From positions 1-64,000 of the forward strand of contig DF237259.1 of NCBI GenBank assembly GCA_000708835.1: a stretch of 64,000 nt of DNA, given 5' to 3'. The DNA comes from Klebsormidium nitens. Lineage: Eukaryota; Plantae; Klebsormidiophyceae. Positions 24,291 through 36,262 of the stretch are shown here, one piece after another. The notes beneath the pieces were generated by a model. That model saw only the letters and a program-made list of their open reading frames with translations. It had not been told where the DNA came from and ran no database searches. Both the position numbers and the translations under genes were made by a program. Positions within the stretch are counted from its first letter, which is position 1. Each line of letters begins with the position of its first letter.

Positions 24291-27264
24291 AGCGCCATGT
24301 CTCCAGGCAGATTTTAACTTGGTGGCTTCAGAAGACGAGAAGAGGAATGTTCAAACTGCAGTACCCGGGTCTTTCCGCTTGCTTGCAGATTGCAATGAGT
24401 CGAAGTCCAAGGTTGACGTTGAGAGAATGCAGGTGGCCAGAACAATCCTGCTACTCCTCCTTTTATACCTCTGCTTTTGCTGCGCCGCTGGGCATTGGGC
24501 TGTGAGGGCTGCACTCAGTGTCGTCGATTTAGCAGACTGAGCAGTCTGCGTGTGTAGGCTCCTGTTGGATACGAACTTTCTGACACGCGAACTTTCCGTA
24601 CTAGTCATTTTAGTCTTCGTCGGTGCCAATCATCAGAGCTACTAGATGGATTATAGACCCTGATGTATACCTATATCTATTCTGTAACGAAAAGTCAGTA
24701 GTCGACAGTCTCAACGGCATTCCTGAGCCCTTGCGTGACGTGTTCAAATACTAGTCTGAAGTTTTCCATTTTTACTTTATCCATTCTCGTCAGTCCTTCC
24801 CCTTCAACCCTGTGCTTTTCCCAAGGTCGCGCGATATAGGTCCGGCATGTAGGAACGTCGAACCAAGCCAAGCCGCCCCGGTCATATGACGTGTTCAGGA
24901 GATTTACTATCTTCTTAAGTGCCCCTTTTGTATTTGCAACGACCTAGTGAATTCTCGAACTGACTCCGCCACCTTCGAAGACACTGTAAGAAAGCTCATC
25001 AACCCTAGTTTTCATTGCTTGACGAGGGAGGTTTTACTGTATCTCTTGAAAATTGACAGATACCATGCTTAGCGCACTTGGCATCACGATAATGCTTATT
25101 TCGACGATCACTAGCAGGGTTCTTGAGTGACGTACACTCCAGGCCCCAGACTTCGAGGATTTACAAAGAAGGTGATTTACGCTTACGCTTCAATTAAGCA
25201 ATCACTGCCAAAGTTATCTTTCGTGTCAAACAAATTAGTATGGTCGACAGAACCAGACCCCTATAGTGAAGCTCTAGTATTCACCGTACTGACGGCTGCT
25301 GATATTGAAATCGAACACTTACTTCGCTGTCTTAATGACATGGACACGATCCGTTATTCGGGCTACCTAGAGAATCAGTCTTCTGATGCAACGTGAACGG
25401 CGAGATTCCAGCGGATGGACTTTTGCGGACCTCGGCACATCTGCGCGGTTTGACGCTTGCCGCTTTCGACGCTGGCTGAGCCTTTCTCGGACTCGTCGTC
25501 GAGTGAATGTGTGTTCCGACTGATCAAAGGCAGAACGCGCTTGATGTGGTTCTTGGGCAGCACGTTGGATATCCGTACTGAACGAAAGTAGCCTTACGGA
25601 TTGACCTTCTCTCTAAGCGCATGCCAGAGAGCCAATCGTAAGAAATGGTCTAGTTTACCGTCCGTTGTCAGTTGTTCATAGGGGACTCTCCCTTTCCTGA
25701 GGGATTATGAAACCGAAACTGAATGGAGGTCTACACTTCGGCACTGGTAAAGCTGTTGCGGTCTCTCGAAGTTCACTGAAGGGCCAAGACGCATGAGTCT
25801 GAACAGAAGCACGTCTGCCCACTTTGTCGAAATCATCACCAACAGTTGCAGATAACGTCACAACATAATGGTCAGACGCTAAAGTCTGTAGAGTCTTGCT
25901 AATCGTAGCAAGCTGGTCCCCAGACCACCAGACTTGCGAATCAGATTCGGTCTTGCTTTGACTCTGAGAGCTTTTTCACGAAGCCGCTGACACGAAACTT
26001 AACTGTTCCAATAATCCTTATCCCCTTTTAGCTCCATGCACCATGGAATATGAGTCTGCCGGTTAAGCGGTTGTTTGAGGGTTCATTAATTCAAACGTCG
26101 CTAGGATACATCTCAAGAAGAACAAAAGTCTACAACCCGTCTACAATATCGAAGCCGAGATCAGATATTGGCATTACGCGGAACCCAAACTCGATCGAAC
26201 TCAATGATCCGACCCCAGTGCTGCAGGTGGGCACATGACGATGCAAGGTGATAGACTTAAACATTCAAGTTACTCTATTGTAACATACACACGTCACACC
26301 AAGCATTTCAATGCAGATATGTACAAACGCCCATCAAAGGTCGAGATCTCTAGTGCAAAGAAACAATCATTCTACCTAGGTGGGACCTAGGTAGTACGTA
26401 TGTCCCGCGCATCCTGTGTGTACGTTCCAAGAAAACAAATCGAATCTCAGTTGTGAAATGAAACCATCTCAGTTCGTGAGTTTGAATGTCCCGGACTTCA
26501 TTACATAAGCTACCTATTATCTATATGCCATCCAACTTGAGACGGCATTTGCATTCTTCCCATCTTCAGCGCTGAGTCAGCTAGGGATACTAATAACTAG
26601 ATACCGGTATCTCCCCACTCTCCCCATATGATGGAGGACGGAAAAATCCGCTGCACTGGGCGGAAAAGATGCTCCGGAGTTCGACAGGTGTTGGAAGATG
26701 CTTCCGACGCGTCGCACGAAGCATGCAACTCGAGGATTGGTCGACACGGGCACCGCGTCCCACGTGATCCGTACAGTCTGACATGGTGGTGACGACCAAT
26801 TCTGCAATGATGAGCACCGCCCCGGGCACCATAGTTTACAGGTACTTACTACTGGTAGTCTGCGGCCGGCCTGCTGGGTCTACCGAGTCCCGCCCAACGA
26901 GTGTACCGTATTACGTGCCTGTACTAGATGTGCCTACAGTAGCTTTGTAGACTGTCCCTGCAGCAGTGGTAGGTACCGTAGTTACCGTACCCAGGTAGGT
27001 CATGATAGCTACAGTAGGTAGCATTCTGTCTTCCTAAAATTGTCCAGAGCTTTCATCAAGATTCGACTCGAGAATGTGCTGGCGACGACCTCAGCAAATC
27101 AGTATACTCTATAGCTAGTGTGATCACTTCAATGTCATCCAAGCACGATCGATCAGCTAGGAGGCTAGCAGCCCTGTGAGCAATCTGAAGGCCTGGGATC
27201 AAAACAAGAAAAGGGGCAGCTAGCTACCTCCCATCGTCTAGCGGCCGCTTCCTAGTCCGCAGAG

Positions 27265-30200
27265 ATGGCGCACTCGCAGCTGGTGGCGAGCTTTGTTCTT
27301 GTCGTTCTGTTCTGCGGCGCCTCTTCAGGTACGTGCTTTTCGTCAGCATGCATGGATGATACGAGATCTGATTTGAGCTCAGGCTAGCCGCAGCTCAAAA
27401 GAAGCCCCTGTCACTGCACAATCAAATGCAGATCATCATCAGGTGATGGCTCAAGCTCACATGGACAATTATGGTTTCACATTAAGTTGCTGAAATTCAG
27501 CTGGAGATCAGCCCGGAGCTTGTGGCATTGGCATCATGGCCGGTTGCAAGAGATTGTGATATGAGTTTCTTAAGCTTTGGCTGGACTTGTCTCTCTGTCT
27601 ATGTTTCGCCGCAAAGAAGCTGCGGTGCTCGTTGATGCTTTTGTCCGGAACATCAAGCCTTCAGACATACATTTAGGGAAAGCCAATTTGGTGTTGGTTC
27701 TAATCACAATGCTGACTACTTCGGATTCTTGCAATGCTGCCAGCTGCCAATGGCAAACATATCAAGCTCAGTTGTTCAGGGAGTGCCCTTCTAGAAAGCT
27801 GCAACCTGTTACTACCTGTCAGGATACACATGAGACTTATCAAAAGGAATTTCTTTTTGTTCTTGTTAAAGTTCAGCCACTCGTCGCCGCTACTCTGAGC
27901 AATCTTTTCCTATTCTCCTGAGCTCTTTTCTCAAAACAACAATTGACTTGAGAAAGCAAGGAATCTTTTCAACTGCACCGCTCTGAATAAAGATTGAACA
28001 CTCCTCAACACAGGCTGGCTTTTCCTGTTGATCACCTTTCAGAGGTTGATTCTTGACGTTAGGGAGCTGAGATTTGACCGACCTGGACTGAGCGATCTTA
28101 AGTTCAGATCAAAATATTGAGCCTAAATCAGGTCGTGACGTGACCTCAAGCCACAAAAACTTGTGCAGAAATTCAATCAGCTGCTGTGAGATCTTACACA
28201 GCATTGTAGCCAGTGCGTTCCTCTCTGCGGCTGGCCTTTTGGAGAGGTCACTTAAGGACTCTCTTCTGAGCTAAACTTCCCAGCTGCTCAAACATGAGAA
28301 GATTGCATCTTAGCAATTTGTATCTTTCAAACCCTGATTATGTAATCTCCAAATGCTTTACTCGAGCCTGGCTGCGTACTGCTTGGCGGGCGCTACAAAG
28401 CCTTACGGTGGCAACAGCGGCATTTCACGGACACTCTCAGAGAGATCAGGAGGTTGTTGGCTTCTAAGCTAAGACTAGTTCCTTGCTCCATGGTCGCAAT
28501 GCAGAGATGCAGTGCATTCGAAGCCAAGAACAGATTTTTAATGATAGCTTTTCCCGCCTTTTTGACCAAAAAGAAGTAATCATGTCGAAGGCTGAACCCC
28601 CTTATTCTTCAATGCAGCCAGCTCACACGGCAAGGGACCCCGGGCGCTTTTACAGTCAGGTAAGGCCACCAGAAACAAAGGAATTATCATTTAAGCCCTT
28701 TTTTAGTCAGGTAAGGCCTCAAAAAGTATATCGTAAGCGGTTTCTACAGTCAGGTAAAACCACAAACCATAGAATGTGAAAGACCCGTTGATTCTGTAGT
28801 TAGTTAGAGTATGCGACAGATACCAAGCCTTGACTTTGCAGGTAGAGTTGGTTTGATTGCGGAGTTGAAGCTGCTCTCATGACCACTCCAGGCAAAGGCA
28901 GACTCAAACAATGCCACTGCAAGCTGACATAGCACACGTCTTTTGAACAGAATGCACCTATCTTTCTTTTCAAACCTGAATCAGGCACAAAGAAGGGTCC
29001 TTAGCACAATCAGCATGCTTGTACATATGGTTTAGCGTGCCGCTATTGAGCGCTCACGGGTGTCAATATTTCGGCCCTTTCATTTGCTCTTGCCTTCACC
29101 TTCTGAGCGGAATCACGTTTTTCAACCAGGTCCACAGTCACACGTATCCTCCTGTCTCGGCACGTTTTCATCCTTCTTACTCTAAACCCCTAGACTCTGA
29201 AACCTTTCGTCAATGCCACACAAAACATCTCACAGAAGACCGAAAGCCTCTGCGTTACGGTTCCCTTCTTCAATAGCGAGTCTCTCTTTCCTCTGATTCT
29301 ATTAAGATGGACAGCAATCCCTTTACTGAACATGAGCGTCGTGAGCGTCATCTTTGTACCAAATCGTGAACATTTTCAAACACATGATGAACGTCATTCT
29401 CATCGTATTCTTATACCTTTTTTGGTCTCCATCTTCCTCAGTGTGCCCAAGCCCCGGCTCTCCCAACCCCTGCTACAACGCCGATGGCAGCAAGTACATA
29501 TGCTGCGCTGGGAGTTGCCCTTCAATCCCTGGCCAGGACCCTTACTGCGCTGGGGGCCCCCCGGGGCTTTCCCCCGAGGCAAAGCTTGAGGCTTTGGGCA
29601 TCAATGCAGTGAACAGGAACGGGCCGTACATTGGAATTGTGGTGCCAAACCCGTTTGAGATTGTGGTAAGTCAGAGCGCGTTCGATTTTGATTTCTGATG
29701 TCGATTTTGTTTATACTGCAGTTACTGCAGGTTCGTGCGGAGGTGCTGTATGTGAGCTTGTCTTGAGATGTGTAGAGCATGAGGGCAGCTTGAAGTGATC
29801 ATATCTCATTCTGACGATGTTGGAACTAGCTTTCACTTGCTCAAGCTGAAAGGAACGCTCTTTGGACTCTCATTTTCGCAAACGGTAAGGGGGACGGCTA
29901 ATTTTTCCTCCTGGCGAACTTAAGTCACCTGAACAAGACTCTGGAGATTTTTCTTTGATCTTTGTTTCTTTGGGCCCGCATTCTGGCATTTCAACCGTTC
30001 TAACAGCTCGTTCGATCGACCTCGTTTTAGGAACAAGAGCTATTTCAGAACCTCCAACGTTGGGCGCTACTTTTGATGACATGCAAACCTTCTAGCTCCA
30101 ATGCTGGGCAGTCAAACATGCGAAGCAAAGCTCGCAGAGAACTGCCTTTGGGTTGCATAGTCGGACCGTTCTTGATGAATCCTGACCGTCCTATGATTGC

Positions 30201-33200
30201 GGACCCTGCAGTCGCTGCTGACGTCATCGACGTTCACGGAGACCCAGGAGATCAGCGTCAACGCGCGCATCTTCCACGTGGGCTCCATCGACGGCAAGAA
30301 GGTGGTCGTCGTGCAGTGCGGCCTGACCCACGTAAGCAGAGTCGAGCCGTGACGTAAGCAAAGGGACGTAGTGCGCTCGAGCGTTTGCATAAGCAGGCTC
30401 GGATTGAGGGTCTGTTTCTACAGAAGGTTCACTAAGCCAGGCAGTATGAGATTTCAGAGGCGCAAAGATGAAATCCAATTCTTGTCCATCAAGAAATGGA
30501 CAAGGACCAGCAATGCGACGGATCGCATTCGCTGGAAAAAGATGTTAGCCGAACTTTCATGTTCTTGGACGCATATCTTTCCACCCTCCAGGTAGGTGCC
30601 AAACTATCACTTAAAAGTTTAAAGTTCTTTCTTATCAGTCCTTTACCTGGCCACTTCCGTTTCTCCTCGTCCGTCTTTTAACTTAGAAACGGGAAACCGT
30701 GAACCCGAGAAACCTCGAGACCTGTTTCAAGCCCCACCCCTCGTCACAATCATTCTCCATCAGAGTCCAACGCTCCCAAGACTTTATAAGCTATGCACGG
30801 CTGCGACATCGTTTGATGCATTCATTTTTCTTCACAGGTGAACGCGGCACTCACCACGCAGCTGCTCATCGACTATTTCTACGTCGACAAGATTCTGCAC
30901 TACGGGATTGCAGGCGGTGCGGACGAGTCCTCGAACCTGGGTGACGTCAGCATCGCGTCGGAGTGGGCCACGTGGGGCTTGTGGAGCTGGCAGGTGGGAT
31001 GGCGTCTGCTCAGAGAGATGGATGACGATTTTGATTTCTGCTCGGAGGGGCCAGTTCTCAAGAGGAGGCCGTTGAGCTCACGGGAGATGAGATCAAGGCA
31101 TTTAGTTTCCTGCAGGAAGACCCCCATCTGTTTCATGCGAGCAATTCCTGTGGGTAAACCGATCCAGATCGCCGCAGCTCCTTCAAGCCCAAACGATCGA
31201 CGGCCCAGAACCATTCACGACAGATGTCCTAGACGGCTGGATCTCCTTCAAGTTTCAAAAATCCCAGACAGTATCCTACTCTATTCCTCGAGTGACTCAA
31301 CAACTTTCCAAGATCCGGACGTGCATTTGTTACGATCTTCCACAACCGGTCAGCCTTTTATTCAGCCCAATCACCACCGTTCGAGCTCAAAACACCGTCA
31401 GTCAACATTCGTCTTTACTCTCTCCTCTTTTCCCTTTGTCCCCGATCTGTCTTCTGATCTGCCCACAAAGCACGCTCCCTCTTTTTCAAGCACTCCATTG
31501 GATGCCAAGGTTTGCACGTTGTTCTCTCATCCAAAACCTCCCGTAACTCTTTCGTCTTCCCTAGGAAAACGGCCTCGCCCCAAGCGACCTCCTTCTGCTT
31601 TCTCTCTTACTAACCCGTCCTTAACCCTCTTTTTTCCCAATAGAGAGACGGCCTCACCCCGGACGACCCTCTTCCTCTCGAGGCCTTCGGCGATTACACC
31701 CGCGAGATCGGACGGCTCGCGTTCGGCAACTACAGCGCAACGGGACCGATGACCCCGAACTCGCTCAACTCGGTCTGGCTCCAAAGGCAAGAGCTGTTCA
31801 AACTGCCCGACGCGGAGACACGTGTTCAAACGCTGTTCTTCCCGGCGGATGCGGGGCTCCTGTCGATTGCGGGCAGCCTGGCGGTAAGCATGACGTCAGG
31901 ATGACGTTTAGGTTTTCCGTAAAGCGTGTTCCGAAAAGTACTCGGGAAGGGCTGACAGTTGGGGACTTGCAACGTCGCGCAAAGAGTTCTTGCTTTTGAT
32001 CGACCCCTGTATCTGGTTGGGAAACGAGAGGCATCTGTTGTAAAGGATCACTGTTCCTGGTTGAATTGGAGGAGATTGCGTGCTTTCGTAAGCGAGACGA
32101 CAAGACCGCGAAAGTCTCACTTCACGGCTCCGTTATCGAAGCTGAAGGCACCGAGCCCTTCCTCGTTGCAGCAAGAACGACGCGAATAATCTGCGACTGC
32201 CGTCCACAGCTCATCCACCTCATTCTCCAATTATTCTTACCAGATCAAATATCAATGTTCTGATTGCGAAAATGATCGTGCTTTTATACTGAATCTCACC
32301 TCGCTCTGTGCGCAGAACCTGCAACTCGACGAATGCACCAACATGACCGCCCGCACTGGGTGCCTCTAAACCGCCAACCTCAAAAAGAATTTCTGAAAAG
32401 TCCCGTTGTACTTTCCTAAGCAATCCTGGCTCTTACATGCCTCCGAAGCAAGGTCATCCAAACCGGATTCTCTGTTCGTGTTTGCAGAATCTACAACTAG
32501 ATGACTGCAGCAACATGACCGCCCGCACTGGGTGCCTCTCCAAGCAGCCCAAGATCGTCATCGGTGCGCGGGGCGTGGACGCCGAGATTTTCGTGGATAA
32601 CGCGGCAATTCGTGACTTCATCGGGGCGACCCTCGGGGCGCCCGGGAAGCCCGTGCTCACCATCGACATGGAGTCGTCCGCGGTCGCCATGGTGGGTTCG
32701 AGGGTTTGAGGGTTCGGTTTTGGGGGTTAACGTATAAATTCTTGGGTTGGGCTTCTTGGAGTTGAGTTTGAGGGCCCCACCCGGGGTGGGTTACGGTCGC
32801 CATGGTGGGCTGGAGGCCTCAGGCTTTCAAAGTTTGCGGGAAAAGGTTAACATTCTTGGGTTAGGGATCTTGGAGATGCTTTGCCCCAATTAAATTGGAT
32901 TACGGTTGCCATGGTGGGTTGAAGGCCTCGGGCTTTAGAGCTTGGGGTTCTACATTCTTGGGTTAAGGATCTTGTCATTACTTACGAGGTCCCTACTCAA
33001 ACTGGCTTACGGTCGCGAAGGTGTTCGAAGGCTCAGGCTTTCAGGGTTTTGGGAATCAAAACGTTCGGGTTTGGGATCCTGGAGTTGACTCCAAGCGTCT
33101 AACTCAAAGTGGCTTACGAGAGCCTAATAGTACCTAAAATTGGATGGTTCAGTCCGAAGGTCGCTGAAAACCGTTCAGCGCATCGCCGTAAGGTTTTAGG

Positions 33201-34387
33201 AAAACCAGGTTTGCTCATCTTGTTGGTTTTTGAGGAGCACCATTTTGAGACGCTTAAAAAAGGCCAGCTTGGACCATCGCCATAAATGTCATCGCCAATA
33301 GAGCAATAATGCTCTCTGTACTGACTGATTGAAACCTCGGTTATTCGGGCTGGATTTTGAGACGCCCAAAGAGGACGTAAGCCGAGATCCCACAAAAAAG
33401 TTTCCGAAGGAAGTACTCGTCTTGTCAATCTGAGTTTCGTCCCGACCCTTGCTGACTCACAAGGCGTCACGTTTGGCTCGTCGGTAGCTGCTGGCTTCCT
33501 GTTCCGGAACGTTTCTCGCTTCCGCCGTTTGATTCGTTCGGGTGATGAAAGAGAGGCCTCAGCACATCATGGAAGGAGCCGACAGTCGGATGCAGAAAGC
33601 CTTGCAGGCAGACCAAAGCAGACAGAGTTTGGATCACGAATTGTTGGTTCGGCTATTTTGAGAGGATGCCACCGTGCAAGGACCCGTCGCAGCTTGCAAA
33701 GGATTTATCCATCCTCCTACCATAGCCGCCGGTTGTCAAAATTGAAATTGCTCGCACTTAATACCTGCAGGTCGCAACTTCGAACGGAATTCCGTTCATC
33801 ATCTTCCGTTCCGTGTCCGATCTGGCTGGTGGCGGAGCGCAGGAAAACGAGGTGGGCCGACTCGAGCCTTCGAATTGCAACTCCAATCTTGCTCAGAGTT
33901 GTAGCAGCTACTGGAGTGGTGCCACGTGGGCAGAATTTTACTATGACACCTGGCACGCGGAACGTGCACCAAGGGCACGCTGTGTTTTACAGGCGGCGCG
34001 CGCTCAGGGTTGGGGTCAAGATTCTGACCTGCGGTGATCCTTGATTGGTGCTGCCAGGATGACTTACGAATTGTTTCAAGTCTCGTCAAATGGCTCTGTT
34101 TTGAGCAACGAGGAAAGTGACGCGAAGCAGTCGTCAGCAGGCACCGCTGCTGTATCATTCATTGAATGAAACTTCTCTCTGCCCTAGCCCACAAGCTTAC
34201 CAGATTTCCTTAACGATTACACATGCAATAGATAGCCTAGAAGGTTGCAGAGGGTTCAAAGTGGTTGAACAATGTCCTGAAAATTTCTCCGCACATGCAG
34301 GCTGGGAACTTCTTCGGCCTCGCCTCCGGAAACGCTTACAAGGTTCTCACCGCGCTCATCGCGGGCATTTCTGGGTACGACGCATAA
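27265..34387 (+). CDS. Secreted bark-storage-protein / MTA-SAH nucleosidase-like protein (PNP_UDP_1 fold), 8 exons, ~391 aa, with an N-terminal 6-Cys module
   Basis: Exons 27265-27328 (signal peptide), 29442-29665, 30212-30331, 30838-30993, 31644-31883, 32488-32691, 33771-33851, 34301-34387; phases consistent. Motifs GPYIGIVVPNPFE, NAALTTQLLID, HYGIAG, GDYTREIG, IDMES, FRSVSDLAG. Confidence 0.9.
28651..28760 (+). repeat. Three short direct repeats (c/t)agtcag|gtaa(gg/aa)cc in BSP intron 1
   Basis: AG|GT junctions at 28659/60, 28710/11 and 28753/54, each preceded by a T-rich tract. Confidence 0.75.
32681..33030 (+). repeat. ~110-bp degenerate tandem array whose first unit is the real exon 6 donor of the BSP gene
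   Basis: cggtcgccatg|gtggg-like units at 32681, 32794, 32903 and 33010, each followed by gaggc(c)tc(a/g)ggcttt...ttcttggg. Confidence 0.85.
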
Positions 34388-36262
34388 CGGACGGGTCTGG
34401 TTAACAGGCATTCGCATACAATGGTAGATTTATGGATTCAAGCACTGTGTCTAAGTTATACCCGTAGTGAAGTTGGGCTCCTTGTCTGCGTGTTGCAACT
34501 TGACAGGACCGACAAACCTCCAATGTAATCCTTGAAAGGGTGAGTCCGTCGAGCAGTTCACAGGTCGCCAGAACTTTCGAAACGGAACGAGTTGATAGCC
34601 AACAAGGAAAAGCGCACGTCAACAAGTTGCTGTAAGAACTTGGCGGGAAAATTCAGAAGCCGAGAGTTGCGAATTCAGGGAAGAGGTTCGAGAGTTTGTG
34701 GTCATGCGGTTTTCAACTTGGGTGCTGGACCAGAACGGTATACGTAGACTGGTGACGCGCTTGTGATCACTCCAGGTCAAGAAAGGTCTTAAAACACGTA
34801 CGTTTGCTCTAAGAAACTTGGCTAGTACGGCGTACTGAAAACAGACCCCAAGACTCAAGAATCACTTAAGACGACTTCCTTTGGGAAAGATGATTGCCTC
34901 GAGATCCCCGACCCGAATACCAGTCATGCCATGATGGTGACAATGACATTGATTTGAAAAGCATGCACTCCTACTAGATGCATGGAATGTTTCGGGATGG
35001 CGGTAAAACTTACATGTAAACACAAAAAACACCACCATAGGGGCTGTCAGATTGAGGCCGGTGAATCGGGACTGGTTCTCCTTTTGGGTATCCAGTTACC
35101 GTATTGTAGATTCAAGTTGAACGTTCCTGTAGTCTGCAACGTCGAGTTTTCCTAGATGGATTCGCGTCCTGATTTCACACGTTCATCGACTCGCGTTGTT
35201 CTTTGATTTGAATCCTTGATACATGCCGCTGTGTATCAGATACTAAGTTATTTAGAAAGCCGGGTGAACCCGTGATCGACTCGGACCTTGTCCGGTATAT
35301 TAACATTGCATGGCGGAGTGACGAGAATTGAAGATCGTTTCTCTGGAAATGCGGAGTCGAATCCCAGAATCTGGTCACAGCCATATCTAGCTAACAGGTA
35401 TCAGAGTGTGGGTTTATACAACTGAGCGCTTCAGACTGAGTGATAGCTATTATTGGGCCCACACATGCAGCATTATTCAATGACCACGAGAATGATGAGC
35501 ATCCGAGTGCATCCTCATATACTCATATAGGGGAGGAAAGCCAGGCTACTCTGTCCAATCGAATGTTACAAGCAACAATTAGTCGAAATGTGGGCTTAGT
35601 TGGGCAAAGTCACGGAATCGTGGATTCTCCACACATTTGGACGCTTGGGTTTTGAGCAATATGGGAGAACTGCGGATTCCACTCTCTCAGCAACGTACAC
35701 ATTATGATATTTGATCAAAGATTGAGCGCTTGCCACAAGCGTGCACGTCATCTAGTGATGCTCGCGCGATCAAATGTTGTTTTCCGCCCGTCGATTGCAA
35801 ACGCACTCGAGATTTGGTCGAGCAGCTTCAATTGAAATAGCACATTCTTGAAGCGCCGAAGTGGCATTCAACAAGCTGCAAATGGAAAGAGGAGTCTTCC
35901 AATGAACGGGGGACAAAGTCGCAGAAGTCAATTAGAAGAATCGACATCAAGTTCTTTACAAAACTGCTCTTGGAATTCGTAGTCTGGAAAGCGCGCGTTA
36001 ATTGGCTCAAAATGGAATTCCGTCTAAATGTCCAGCATCTCAACTTTACCTGCTCCAAAAACGCTGGGCTTCACCACTGGCGCGCGCTGAACACAGTACA
36101 AAACTTGGCAAGGTCTCTCGACGCATCTACCAAATACCTCCACCTTTCTCAAAAACCTTTCGAACACGCGACTTGCGAGCAACACAATCATTTTCGAGCT
36201 ACCTTATCCTCACACCTTCTTCAACACTGCCACCTGTCAGACCGCCGCCACGTGGCACGCGC

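Noticed and set aside
30838-31752. Long single ORFs at 30838-31752, 47747-48757 and 42607-43116
   Set aside because: Each is a real exon read through into intron sequence past a clear donor site.
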